DNA of 42,410 nucleotides from a virus. The stretch lies in UHGV virus genome UHGV-0161119, one strand, 5' to 3'. A model generated the notes under the pieces. That model saw only the letters and a list, made by a program, of their open reading frames with translations, made no database searches and had not been told where the DNA came from. Made by a program: the position numbers and the translations under genes. Positions 27,296-36,585 of the stretch are shown here, one piece after another. How positions within the stretch are numbered: position 1 is the first letter of the stretch; each line of letters starts with the position of its first letter.

Positions 27296-27569
27296 TTTCT
27301 CCCCAGTCTAACCGATTCCCACACTCACAAACTTCTGTCCATTCCTTTATGTAGTTACCGCACTTAGGGCATCTATATAACACCACATCCTGCTTTTTTA
27401 AGTTCTTATGTCGTTCTCTTATCGGCAGGCTGTTAAATACAGCACCGATGTGTTCATAATCTTCTAACGTCATTGTGATCGTATCTCTTGCTTTAGCGGA
27501 CTGGCAAAAGCCACTGCCTACCAGTCCTAAGAAAACACCAATGATAACAAGTAAGATTTTTAGTATCAT
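27261..27569 (-). CDS. Membrane-anchored zinc-ribbon protein
   Basis: N-terminal TM; CPKCG...CECGNRLDW. Confidence 0.6.
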   Translation of the reverse strand: MILKILLVIIGVFLGLVGSGFCQSAKARDTITMTLEDYEHIGAVFNSLPIRERHKNLKKQDVVLYRCPKCGNYIKEWTEVCECGNRLDWGESEDLHVNNDKR

Positions 27570-27958
27570 TCTTTTATCTCCACTTCTTTATAGATATTCA
27601 CTACGGTATCACTGACAACATTATCTTTTGTTAATTCAACCTTATATCCTTTATCTGTAATGTTTTTCACAAACTCTTTAAGCGGTAACACATCTTTCAT
27701 TTCATCTGGATAATATATTTTTGTTGCTTTTTTTAAAACTTTTACCTGCTCCATTTTCTTTTCCTCCAATTCACACTCATTTTGTGACTCTTTATCTGTA
27801 TTTTTTTCATCAATTCTGCTTACATAATCTTTCAGTTTTTCGTCAACTATTTCAGAAAAAACCATTTCTTTTTCACAGTCATTACAAAATTCACATGAAT
27901 CACAGATATTTCCGTTGCAGTAATCTTCTAACGTATCTATCATCTGTTCTCTTGTCAT
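27566..27958 (-). CDS. Cys-motif hypothetical protein
   Basis: YCNGNICDSCEFC; operon context. Confidence 0.6.
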   Translation of the reverse strand: MTREQMIDTLEDYCNGNICDSCEFCNDCEKEMVFSEIVDEKLKDYVSRIDEKNTDKESQNECELEEKKMEQVKVLKKATKIYYPDEMKDVLPLKEFVKNITDKGYKVELTKDNVVSDTVVNIYKEVEIKE

Positions 27959-28323
27959 TCTTTATCATCTCCCATCTTTCTACAACACTCATTTATCTGT
28001 TCGTCCGTAGCTTCTTCAATTTCAATCAACCCCATTATGCAAGGATTCATTTTTGTAAATATACAGTTAAAACATCCGTGGTCGCAGCAGTAATCTTCTA
28101 TCATCTGTTTTTTTATTTCTTTTTTTATCCTACTTGTGTCAAAATTACATTTCATTGTTGCAATAACAACTCCTGTTTTTTTGTCAGCTACTTCCATTTT
28201 TACTTCATCCTTAGATTGATAATAAGTATTCGTTTCTAATGATTTAATGTCCAATTTATTTGCAACAATGTTTTTTTCTACGCTGTCTAAAAAGTCGTGT
28301 GCCACCTGCTCCGCTATTGTCAT
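27955..28323 (-). CDS. Cys-motif hypothetical protein
   Basis: YCCDHGCFNC; operon context. Confidence 0.6.
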   Translation of the reverse strand: MTIAEQVAHDFLDSVEKNIVANKLDIKSLETNTYYQSKDEVKMEVADKKTGVVIATMKCNFDTSRIKKEIKKQMIEDYCCDHGCFNCIFTKMNPCIMGLIEIEEATDEQINECCRKMGDDKE

Positions 28324-28715
28324 TCCTTTACCTCCACTTTGATTCCATACAAAAATTCATAGTATTCTTGCAATCCCTCGTTACTTAACCATTCAAACGG
28401 CATCCTTTTTACACACTTTTTATAACATTTGCGTTCTTTGCATGGTGTGCTAACAGGGTGGCAGTAAGCTAATATAGCTTTTTCCACTTCACTTCTTGTC
28501 ATTTTTTTAGGTTCATATCGTTCCATAGTAATCTTCATATCAACTTCTCCAACGATACGTCCTGCTTTTTCGTCTTTTATATATGCCTTTTCTCTGTCGA
28601 AACTTACGCTTAATTGCATAGCAGGAATATTTGACTCTTTTATGCAATTATATAAGTGGCTTTGAAATCTCTGTGTTATTATTTCATTTATTGTTATTGT
28701 TTCATTTTTAGTCAT
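28320..28715 (-). CDS. Cys-motif hypothetical protein
   Basis: YCHPVSTPCKERKC; operon context. Confidence 0.6.
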   Translation of the reverse strand: MTKNETITINEIITQRFQSHLYNCIKESNIPAMQLSVSFDREKAYIKDEKAGRIVGEVDMKITMERYEPKKMTRSEVEKAILAYCHPVSTPCKERKCYKKCVKRMPFEWLSNEGLQEYYEFLYGIKVEVKE

Positions 28716-28939
28716 TCTCCCACCTCTAAATCTTTCGCAAGCTTGAATCCTGTTCTTCCAACATTTCTAAGATTTTCTTTGATAAGTGCATTGTTTGGTG
28801 TCCTGTGTATCTTATACCAGTTCCAGTCGTTATCCTCTCTCATTTTTATTTTCATTTCCCATCTTTTTTTGTAATTGATTTCTTCTTTTACCATCTCTAG
28901 GCAAGCGATCATGTAATCTATTTGTTTGATAACGTCCAT
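28712..28939 (-). CDS. Hypothetical protein
   Basis: RBS AAGGAG; operon context. Confidence 0.6.
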   Translation of the reverse strand: MDVIKQIDYMIACLEMVKEEINYKKRWEMKIKMREDNDWNWYKIHRTPNNALIKENLRNVGRTGFKLAKDLEVGE

Positions 28940-28951
28940 ATTCTTTCTCCT

Positions 28952-29857
28952 TTACCACATAAGTTGTCCGTTTTCTGCTACCTTAAATTCTCTTTGCCCT
29001 GCAACATTCTTATCTTCTATCCACCACAGGAATACTTCTTCTCCAGATTCCCACTGTGTAGGGAGATTCTTTGCTTTTCTTACTTCTAACATCCTGTCAA
29101 ATGCTCTGATATAATTTAGCTTGAATGTTGGAAAATCGTAAAATTCCTTTAATTTTCCTTTTCTGCCTGCCATCGGACAACCGATGCATCCAACTCTTTT
29201 ATATCCGCATTGGTACAATTTATTAACACATATATTCTCTTGGTCTATGTAGTTCCATATATCTTCCTCTTTCCAATCAACAATGGGATTTACAACCATC
29301 TTGTGCTTCTGCATGCACAATTCAGTGATTCTTCTTTTAGAATTGTTGTCATTGTTGAGCATTACAGAATCATCAAACAATTCCTTTGTTTTAACTGATG
29401 CTCCTATCTTTTCAAATTCTGATCGTGTGTGTTTCCTTTTTGTGCTTTCATCCCATCTAACACCTGTTGCCACGTATCTTCCCATGCCTGCTGTTTCTTT
29501 TAATTCTTTACAACAATATCTTACAAGTCGTGTAGGTGGCATAAGTTTTCTAGGAATGAGATTCCACATCGTGATTCTGGTTCCGTCTGGCTTCCTTGGA
29601 TAGTTAATACTGCACTTTATCCCCCCCTCTTCCAATTTCTTGAAATTGTCACGGACGTGCCACACTGTTTGTGGTGCATCCGCTGTGGTGTGACTGTGCT
29701 GTACTTCAAAAGGAACTCCAGAACGTTTGAATAGCTCTAATAATACATCTGAATCCTTACCACCGCTGTATGTACAGATAAGTGGTTGTTTGTAATACTC
29801 AAGACTCATTTCTGATGCTGTTTTGATTCTTTCTATTGCTTTTTGTTCTAAGTCCAT
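28952..29857 (-). CDS. PAPS reductase-family (PP-loop) protein
   Basis: SGGKDS PP-loop, RYCCKELKE, TGVRWDES and YKRVGCIGCP. Confidence 0.85.
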   Translation of the reverse strand: MDLEQKAIERIKTASEMSLEYYKQPLICTYSGGKDSDVLLELFKRSGVPFEVQHSHTTADAPQTVWHVRDNFKKLEEGGIKCSINYPRKPDGTRITMWNLIPRKLMPPTRLVRYCCKELKETAGMGRYVATGVRWDESTKRKHTRSEFEKIGASVKTKELFDDSVMLNNDNNSKRRITELCMQKHKMVVNPIVDWKEEDIWNYIDQENICVNKLYQCGYKRVGCIGCPMAGRKGKLKEFYDFPTFKLNYIRAFDRMLEVRKAKNLPTQWESGEEVFLWWIEDKNVAGQREFKVAENGQLMW

Positions 29858-29867
29858 TGATACTCCT

Positions 29868-30065
29868 TTACTTCATCATACTTCTGTACGGCTCAAAGAA
29901 ATCTTCTTTTCTTAACTCACATTCGCACTTAAGACAAATAAATTTGCTTTGTATTTTCATGTCAGAATTTATCTGAATATACTCTCTTCCGATGTCCTCA
30001 TTGAATAACCAACTATTACACCATTTGCACCTTGCTGTTGGCATTTTAAATCTCCTCATTTTCAA
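29868..30065 (-). CDS. Small zinc-finger protein
   Basis: CKWC...CLKC; true start is probably MPTAR. Confidence 0.5.
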   Translation of the reverse strand: MKMRRFKMPTARCKWCNSWLFNEDIGREYIQINSDMKIQSKFICLKCECELRKEDFFEPYRSMMK

Positions 30066-30426
30066 ATTCCTTTATTTCTTTCCATGCAATAACCCTATCG
30101 TTACTATAGTACCTTGCCTTTTTGGCTGTTGCATTTCTCCATCCGCAGGAATCATGCCATGTTCTGTTTACGCAACCGCCTTTTATAGTTACTAAAACAT
30201 CTTTGTTATCTTCTGGCAGATCAGCAGGATTCTTTCTTAAGTCGTGCCATCTGTATTTGTTTTGCTCGTCAAATAGGTAAGACACTACATCTAACACCTG
30301 TCTTTTTGTGATACTGTTTATTGTCGCTGCATCTAACACCTGCTGTATTGCTTCATATTTTTCATCTTCCGTAAACTCCTTTGAATCAATTTGCATAAAT
30401 ACTGCGAACGCTTTTGTAAAATTCAT
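30046..30426 (-). CDS. DUF551-like protein
   Basis: WHDLRKNPADLPE...VLVT...VIAWKEI. Confidence 0.6.
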   Translation of the reverse strand: MNFTKAFAVFMQIDSKEFTEDEKYEAIQQVLDAATINSITKRQVLDVVSYLFDEQNKYRWHDLRKNPADLPEDNKDVLVTIKGGCVNRTWHDSCGWRNATAKKARYYSNDRVIAWKEIKEFENEEI

Positions 30427-30923
30427 TCCTCTCCCTCACTTTCTACCCCAAAGATGTATTTAATGATTCTGTCTCTTCCTATTGACTCGATCGCATCAAA
30501 TACAAGTTGTTTTGATGTGAATACCACCGCTCCCTGTGGTCTGTAATCGGCCCACACATCATAATCAAGTTCTTCATTGTATTCATCATGCAAAATGAAA
30601 TAACTATCTTCGAGTGTTGGGTCATTGTGTTCCTTTGCATATCGTTCAAGTTCAACTTCTACTTTTCTTTTTTCTCTGGCAAGCCACGCTGACTCTTCTG
30701 TGAAAAAGACGTTTCCTAATTCCCATCTTCCTTCATCTAAAGAATCATTCGTCCACCTGCTTTGTATAACAGCTCCATCATTACTAATACAAAAATATTC
30801 TTCTGATTGTCGTGGTTTCCTTACCTTTACACCCTGTTCCTTGTCTGGTTTTTCTCCATTCATCTTCCCAACGAGTCTGTAAAACTCTTTTTCTTCTGCT
30901 TCTGTTAGATTTTTAATTCCCAT
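30423..30923 (-). CDS. Hypothetical phage protein
   Basis: GNVFFTEESA motif; RBS GGAGG. Confidence 0.65.
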   Translation of the reverse strand: MGIKNLTEAEEKEFYRLVGKMNGEKPDKEQGVKVRKPRQSEEYFCISNDGAVIQSRWTNDSLDEGRWELGNVFFTEESAWLAREKRKVEVELERYAKEHNDPTLEDSYFILHDEYNEELDYDVWADYRPQGAVVFTSKQLVFDAIESIGRDRIIKYIFGVESEGEE

Positions 30924-30925
30924 AT

Positions 30926-31327
30926 TTAATCCTCCTTATTTGTTAAATAATCTTCTATGGCTTGATCTAAAAATCTACTACTGATAAACCAACAATCAAT
31001 GTATGTTGTTTTATTTTGTTTGTTATATATCAATAGACTTTTGTTTTTAACATTTTTCAATGTTATTCTCATCATGAGTGTATCTGTATTATTGCTTAAC
31101 TCATCAACTCCTAAAACCGTGTTTTGTGTAAGTTGATTTAGCTGACTTGTAATACGCTGTAAACACGTTTCTTTACAAATTACTTTGTTCCACGTTGGTT
31201 TCAAGCATCTGATCGTTGTCTGCATATCATTTCTCTCGTCAGTATTTGTCAAAATAAAGCAATCATCTAATTCTTTTATTTCTTCTCCACTTATAATTGC
31301 TTTCGTTTCTATATTATAAATTTGCAT
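30926..31327 (-). CDS. Hypothetical protein
   Basis: RBS AAGGAG. Confidence 0.6.
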   Translation of the reverse strand: MQIYNIETKAIISGEEIKELDDCFILTNTDERNDMQTTIRCLKPTWNKVICKETCLQRITSQLNQLTQNTVLGVDELSNNTDTLMMRITLKNVKNKSLLIYNKQNKTTYIDCWFISSRFLDQAIEDYLTNKED

Positions 31328-31353
31328 TTCTTACTCCTTTACTCTTCATTCTC

Positions 31354-31580
31354 TCCCCTGCCGTTAATAGCAGGGGAAATCATGACTTATACAATAGCTA
31401 TATTGTACTTATGCGTTGCGAGGATTCTTTTATTTAGTTGTCGTGTGGTATACAAAAATCCTGCTGTGCAACAAGCCTTTTCTGGCTTGAGTCTCTGCCT
31501 AATAAAGATGAAAACGGAAGAATCTGAAAATACAAAAAACATTATTTACAGTTACTTAGGCAGAGAATCAAACCAGAAAA
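31354..31580 (-). ncRNA. Candidate multi-hairpin structured RNA
   Basis: Four consecutive inverted repeats fill the intergenic gap; the largest has a 25-bp stem; some mismatches become G-U pairs on the minus strand. Confidence 0.5.
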
Positions 31581-31594
31581 GTATTATTTAGTTT

Positions 31595-31975
31595 TTATTT
31601 CCAATAACCAGAATGTGAAGTAACATGAATAAATCTTCGTTCATGTTGCTTTTTTTTGAATCGGCTTTGTCGAATCTCTTCTTTGACTTCTTCCACCAAT
31701 TCATCTTCCCAGAATCTAACAAGATAACCAGGTACTCCATAAATTGCTCCACATTCCTGTACATGTAGCTTTTTAACTACTTTTTCTTTGACCACTTGTT
31801 TTCGGAACTCTTTTGTGTACTCTCTCCGCTTCGCTTCGATTCCGTATTTTTTCCACTTAAAGATGCTTGATGGGTCTACTCCGTATTTTTTCGCAACAGA
31901 AGTAACCTCTTTCGTTTCTTCTACTTCTTTAAGGATTTTTCTCTTAAGATCTTTGCTTATTTTTTTATACCCCAT
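31595..31975 (-). CDS. Tandem HTH (transposase-HTH-like) DNA-binding protein
   Basis: VTSVAKKYGVDPSSIFKWKK and YTKEFRKQVV...YGVPGYLVRFW. Confidence 0.6.
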   Translation of the reverse strand: MGYKKISKDLKRKILKEVEETKEVTSVAKKYGVDPSSIFKWKKYGIEAKRREYTKEFRKQVVKEKVVKKLHVQECGAIYGVPGYLVRFWEDELVEEVKEEIRQSRFKKKQHERRFIHVTSHSGYWK

Positions 31976-32297
31976 CTTTAGCCACCTTTCTGTAGATTGC
32001 TACATTTCTGTCTGTTAGGCTGTCGTGTCGTTTACCGCATACCTCAATACGTCCGTCCTGTACTAACTCTGTTAGCCGTGGTTGTACCTGCTGCCTTGTC
32101 GGTTCTAACACTTTTTTGTGCTTATACAACACTGTTGCGATCTCTCGTGCTGTCATTGCTCCGTATTCGAGCTGTTCTAAAATCAAGATATGTATTGCTT
32201 CTTTATTAATCTTTTTGTGGGATTCTCTTCTGGTTTGCTTGGTAATGGAATGGCTTCTAAGTGCTGTTTCATTACCAAAAAAACTCATTTGATACAT
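31965..32297 (-). CDS. Winged-HTH protein
   Basis: MTAREIA...PRLTELVQDGRIEVCG. Confidence 0.65.
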   Translation of the reverse strand: MYQMSFFGNETALRSHSITKQTRRESHKKINKEAIHILILEQLEYGAMTAREIATVLYKHKKVLEPTRQQVQPRLTELVQDGRIEVCGKRHDSLTDRNVAIYRKVAKDGV

Positions 32298-32317
32298 TTT
32301 CCATCACTCCTTTTTCC

Positions 32318-33100
32318 TTACTCTAATTGCTTATGTAGTAACTGCATTTCTAAATCATCAAAGTCATAGTCTCTCTCGCATTCTAAGACACTTGCAGGAT
32401 TCCGCTGTGGCTTCGGTTCTGGTGGTTTCTCGTAGTTCTCGTCCAGATAATCCACGTAACCAGAATTAAAGAATGTACTTCCGTTCTGTGGTTTTCTCCA
32501 ACTACTGTCCTTAGATAAATCATCCAGATACCTTTTCAAGGCTCTTTCTATTTTTTCTTCTCCTATCTCATACAGAGTCTTTTTCTTTGCATCGGATACC
32601 TGCCCCTTACCACGTTTATTCGGGTACTGTTTCCAGAGCTTTTCAAAACATTCATTGATTGCTTTTTTGTTTGACTTCTCGCAATTTTCTTTTGATTTCT
32701 CGCAATTTTTCTTTGCGTTTTTGTCTGTTTGTTCCATTTTTCGTTCCACTGGTTGTTCCATTTTTGTTCCATTTTCAACCTTGGCAGTTGCTTCTACAAC
32801 TTGTCCACAATCTATGTACTTTTCGTAGTCGAAAACTGTGTATATCGTGTATTTATTTGTGCTTTTTGTGGATAAATACCCAGTGTCCTTTAGTTTCTTT
32901 AGTGCTGTTCGGACCTGCGATTCTGTTAATCCTGTCTCTGCACTGATTCTTGTTATCGAAGATACAAATTGTCCTGCCTTTATCTCTTTTCCGCAGTACC
33001 GCTTGTCCTCTAAATTTGTATGTAGTAGGCAGTGGTAAAACAATCTAAATACATTTGTGTTTTCATACCATTCCCAGTCTGTATTTATATTTATGTTCAT
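32318..33100 (-). CDS. Replication initiator (replisome organiser)
   Basis: N-terminal wHTH (GQFVSSITRISAETGLTESQVRTAL), repeat-rich linker, C-terminal FEKLWKQYP...STFFN. Confidence 0.85.
   Translation of the reverse strand: MNININTDWEWYENTNVFRLFYHCLLHTNLEDKRYCGKEIKAGQFVSSITRISAETGLTESQVRTALKKLKDTGYLSTKSTNKYTIYTVFDYEKYIDCGQVVEATAKVENGTKMEQPVERKMEQTDKNAKKNCEKSKENCEKSNKKAINECFEKLWKQYPNKRGKGQVSDAKKKTLYEIGEEKIERALKRYLDDLSKDSSWRKPQNGSTFFNSGYVDYLDENYEKPPEPKPQRNPASVLECERDYDFDDLEMQLLHKQLE
32671..32771 (-). repeat. Iteron-like repeats inside the initiator gene (candidate origin)
   Basis: Two copies of TTGAYTTCTCGCAATTTT with 21-bp period (32671, 32692) and four TGGAAC units (32730-32771). Confidence 0.65.
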
Positions 33101-33117
33101 TCACTGCCCTCCTACAT

Positions 33118-33495
33118 TTATTTATCGTTATCCTCATGAATAGTAATTTCTATCCTTGGATTTTTCGAATCTACTCTAAAGTGGTCTATAAATCCTAGTA
33201 CATACCTCTGTCCGTCTCCGGGGAATGTTCCAGATTCTACTAGACTGTCTAAGACAAATTTCTTAGCAAATGCAACATTGTCTGGATCACGTCTTTTATT
33301 TTTTTCATACCATGTAATCTCAACGATCACTGGGAAATTCAATTTCTTTTTGCGTAACCATAACGGTATGCTGTATTTACAGATTCTTTGATTCTTTTTC
33401 TTGCAGTCAGCACCTTTATATGCGTTAGTCCTGCATGATCGTGTATAATCGTTTAATCCGTCCAGTCTGCCTTGAATCGTATATGTTACAGCCAT
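33118..33495 (-). CDS. RusA-like Holliday junction resolvase
   Basis: RRDPDNV...KFVLDSL...NPRIEITI. Confidence 0.8.
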   Translation of the reverse strand: MAVTYTIQGRLDGLNDYTRSCRTNAYKGADCKKKNQRICKYSIPLWLRKKKLNFPVIVEITWYEKNKRRDPDNVAFAKKFVLDSLVESGTFPGDGQRYVLGFIDHFRVDSKNPRIEITIHEDNDK

Positions 33496-33776
33496 GACTT
33501 GCCAAACTCCTTTATAAACTCTTCTCTCGTGCCTATCTTTTCTTCAAATGCCTTTTGTGCCATCTTCTTATACATAAGGTCATATCTGGCATTTAAATGT
33601 GCGGATTGTTTACCGCCTGTATGGTGTTCGTGGCACAACGGAATCACTAAGTTATACTTATCAGCTTTCTTCCTGTTTGCTGTCCCATGTAAACAGTGGT
33701 GTATCTCTACATAAGGACTTCCACATAATTTACAATGTTCCATATCATCAACGATGATTGACTTTTTCTTTCTCAA
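33486..33776 (-). CDS. Small HNH-like/zinc-binding protein
   Basis: CKLCG...EIHH...PLCHEHH. Confidence 0.65.
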   Translation of the reverse strand: MRKKKSIIVDDMEHCKLCGSPYVEIHHCLHGTANRKKADKYNLVIPLCHEHHTGGKQSAHLNARYDLMYKKMAQKAFEEKIGTREEFIKEFGKSWL

Positions 33777-34323
33777 TCTTAAGTCCCCACCTTTCTTCCA
33801 TTTCTTTTATCTCCTGCGGTGTTGCTGTCTCAATTCCAAGCTCTTTTGCTTCTGCAACAGTTCCTTTTATCAGTTCAGACATTTCCTTTGTGTTGTAGGT
33901 ATGACTCCCACGCATTACCAGATTGATTCTGAACAACTTACCTGCCTTATTGGTAGTTGTACTGGCTGTCGGTTGTAGGTGGCAAAATTCAAGGTCGTAC
34001 ACTTCTATATCGTTATCCAACGGAAGTGATACAAGAGAACCATTTATAATCTCATGCTGTCCGTACTCTGCTATGAGTTTGTTCTTTATATATACCTTGC
34101 TGTTATCCGTTACTTCTGCAATCTTCCCAACCAGTACATGAAAGTATGCATTGGCATCTAAACTCCTGCCCTCACGGTACTGAACAACCTTAAGCCTACA
34201 TTCCTTATCTTTCAGTCGGTCATATTCCCCTCGTATGTCTTTTTCACACACGAGAGAAATGACCTGTTTCCCTGTTTCAAAATCAATTGAGATGTCATGA
34301 ATTTTAGCTTTCGTTTCCATCAA
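33748..34323 (-). CDS. Hypothetical recombination-region protein (NinB-like)
   Basis: RSLDANAYFH...GSHTYNTKEMSELI...ELGIET. Confidence 0.55.
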   Translation of the reverse strand: MMETKAKIHDISIDFETGKQVISLVCEKDIRGEYDRLKDKECRLKVVQYREGRSLDANAYFHVLVGKIAEVTDNSKVYIKNKLIAEYGQHEIINGSLVSLPLDNDIEVYDLEFCHLQPTASTTTNKAGKLFRINLVMRGSHTYNTKEMSELIKGTVAEAKELGIETATPQEIKEMEERWGLKIEKEKVNHR

Positions 34324-34957
34324 CTGCCCACAGCTTTCTTACACTCTCTTTGTCTTTATTGGCTACAATGTACTTGTACTGCCCCTCTGTAATATCTTTG
34401 ATAGATTCATGTTTGTAAGATTTCAAAATCTTATTGATGTCAAACTTTTCATCTTCGCACAAATCCAATAATGTTTTCTGTTTTACAAGAGAAATCTTCA
34501 TCTGATCAAGTTTTTCTTTATTCTTTTCCTGTTCCTGCTTATTAGCTCTTGCAGTACGTTCTTTCTGGTTTTCGTCTGTGTCTGCATCTTTTGTATCATC
34601 TAATAAGAAGATTCCATTTAAGGCATACTTACGTGCATAAGATGATGCTGTTCCTGTTATCTGTGAATCGTCCATACCTTTTTTATTGAGTGCTTCTCTT
34701 GCTGATGCCGTAGCCATAACACTTTCGCCTGTCTCAATATCAAAAATAGATACTGTAGCTTTTACATACACACGATCATTTACCGCTTGCACATCATCAG
34801 ATATGTACATAGATAATTTGTTTTCTGCCAATAATGGTTTCACAGCTTCTAAGATTCCCTCTGCGTTTCTGTATTTGTAATTGCCAAATGAATTAAACAG
34901 ATTCTTAGGTGCTTTCAATGTTGTCTGAATCTTCATCATTTTTTCATGTATCGTCAT
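34304..34957 (-). CDS. ERF-family single-strand annealing protein
   Basis: FGNYKYRNAEGIL and SQITGTASSYARKYALNGIFLLDD. Confidence 0.9.
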   Translation of the reverse strand: MTIHEKMMKIQTTLKAPKNLFNSFGNYKYRNAEGILEAVKPLLAENKLSMYISDDVQAVNDRVYVKATVSIFDIETGESVMATASAREALNKKGMDDSQITGTASSYARKYALNGIFLLDDTKDADTDENQKERTARANKQEQEKNKEKLDQMKISLVKQKTLLDLCEDEKFDINKILKSYKHESIKDITEGQYKYIVANKDKESVRKLWAVDGNES

Positions 34958-34968
34958 ATTCTTATCTC

Positions 34969-35463
34969 CTATCTGATTCTTAAACTTTCTGTCTGTACCA
35001 GTCTCATATTTTCATTTTCTTCAAGCACTCCTGCTTTCAAATCATCAATAAGCTGTTTCCTGTTAACCTTGTCTGGCTGTTTAATCAGATACTTTTTAGG
35101 TAACAATTCCTCAACTTCTACCTTTACAGTTTTAGGATTTTTCTGGATATTGAAGCTAAACAGTGTTGTTTTAAACTTCTTCTTTTTTACTTCAAGCATC
35201 ATTGTTTCAAGATACTTCTTTAAGTTGTCCGCACTGTTTCTCAATGCTGTCTCTCTTTTTGCTAACCTGTCTTTCTCTGCTTTTACTGAATCCGCATCAG
35301 CGATCAGTGTTTTAATCATCTTTGCGGTAGAATCAGCCTTTTCTTCAAACTCAAATTCGATTCCGTCCATAGTGTCTTTAATATCATCAAGGGATAACCC
35401 TTGCTCATCTGCCATTAAAAGCAGTTCGTTAAATTCGTTTTTAATCTCATATAATTTAGCCAT
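34969..35463 (-). CDS. Siphovirus Gp157-family protein
   Basis: KLYEI...EKDRL...FSFNIQKNP...ESLRIR. Confidence 0.85.
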   Translation of the reverse strand: MAKLYEIKNEFNELLLMADEQGLSLDDIKDTMDGIEFEFEEKADSTAKMIKTLIADADSVKAEKDRLAKRETALRNSADNLKKYLETMMLEVKKKKFKTTLFSFNIQKNPKTVKVEVEELLPKKYLIKQPDKVNRKQLIDDLKAGVLEENENMRLVQTESLRIR

Positions 35464-35473
35464 GTTTTACCTC

Positions 35474-35728
35474 TCATTCTTCAATACATTCTTTAATATT
35501 TCCCTGTTCATTGACTTCTTTCACACTGCATACATCATCAAAACGAGCTTCTTTTAGTTCCTCTAATTCCTTTTTGAATTTTGGATTTCCTGTAAACACG
35601 TCCCACATATACTCTAATAGCCATGTTTTATCCTCTTCGTTGTTTCTTGCCTGCTTCCAGATATATTCTGTTGCATCTTCTTCTGGGATTACTGTCCCAT
35701 TTTCGTCTGTATAGCCTGTCACAATCAT
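35474..35728 (-). CDS. Hypothetical protein
   Basis: Operon context. Confidence 0.6.
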   Translation of the reverse strand: MIVTGYTDENGTVIPEEDATEYIWKQARNNEEDKTWLLEYMWDVFTGNPKFKKELEELKEARFDDVCSVKEVNEQGNIKECIEE

Positions 35729-35730
35729 GA

Positions 35731-36141
35731 CTACTCACACTCCTTTGCTTCTTTAAGAATCTCTTCTACATCAAATTCTTTTGGTACTGTTTCTTCCTGC
35801 TCATTTTCTTTAAGCATTGCAAAAAGTCTAAGCACACTTGCTGTATATGCTAAATTTTCAAAAATGGTTTCAATAGCATCGTTATTCGCCATTCTTTCAT
35901 TTAAGATTGTATTTGCGTTATCAAATGCTTCTTCTTTGTTGTATATCCATTCTTCATTATCTTGTCCGTAAAGTTTTACAATAAGTTTGCTATAAAACTC
36001 TGTCATGCCTGTTGCAATTTTTTTATCTGCTACCTTATTTTCCTCTTCTGTAAAGTTTGGGTCTCTAGTTTCTTTCACTGCTTCAATAATTACTTTCTTA
36101 ACTGCATCTTTGAACTCTTTTTTTGTAATAATCATTGTCAT
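35731..36141 (-). CDS. Hypothetical protein
   Basis: RBS AAGGAG. Confidence 0.65.
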   Translation of the reverse strand: MTMIITKKEFKDAVKKVIIEAVKETRDPNFTEEENKVADKKIATGMTEFYSKLIVKLYGQDNEEWIYNKEEAFDNANTILNERMANNDAIETIFENLAYTASVLRLFAMLKENEQEETVPKEFDVEEILKEAKECE

Positions 36142-36218
36142 AATCTCCTTTTCTTGCTATACTGTTGTTATGCATTTTTTGTTAAGCACTTTAGACCTGC
36201 ACGTCTGGGTGCTTTTTT

Positions 36219-36353
36219 TCATTTCCATCCATCACGCTCTTGTGCGATTAATGCCAGTCCTGCGGCTACGCAAGTACCCATAAACCAGAATGGCATTAAA
36301 TCTAATCCGCAGACTAACAGTCCACACCCCATCATGAATGCTCCCATTTTCAT
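36219..36353 (-). CDS. Small hydrophobic protein (44 aa; not in the ORF track)
   Basis: RBS GAGGAGG; MKMGAFMMGCGLLVCGLDLMPFW... Confidence 0.5.
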   Translation of the reverse strand: MKMGAFMMGCGLLVCGLDLMPFWFMGTCVAAGLALIAQERDGWK

Positions 36354-36572
36354 TTAGAATCCTCCTCTCTGCATTGATTGGTTTTCATTTGCTAGTTTCC
36401 TTAATCTCCATTTTTCAAATCTTTCTGTATCGAAAAATACGGGAGAATTGGACTTAGGACCTTTTTGTGCAAAGTCCTGTCCTCTTTCTCGATAGGCTTC
36501 ATCAAGGAATGACCTTGGAAATCCCATCTTGACGAGTTCTGACATTCTCATGATTGGCTTATCGTATTTCAT
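36354..36572 (-). CDS. Probable excisionase-like DNA-binding protein
   Basis: 72 aa, early operon near cro; ...VFFDTERFEKW wing motif. Confidence 0.55.
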   Translation of the reverse strand: MKYDKPIMRMSELVKMGFPRSFLDEAYRERGQDFAQKGPKSNSPVFFDTERFEKWRLRKLANENQSMQRGGF

Positions 36573-36585
36573 ACTCGCTCCTTTC

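Noticed and set aside
31595..31975. IS3-family transposase/IS element
   Set aside because: Only HTH domains; no DDE ORF or terminal inverted repeats.
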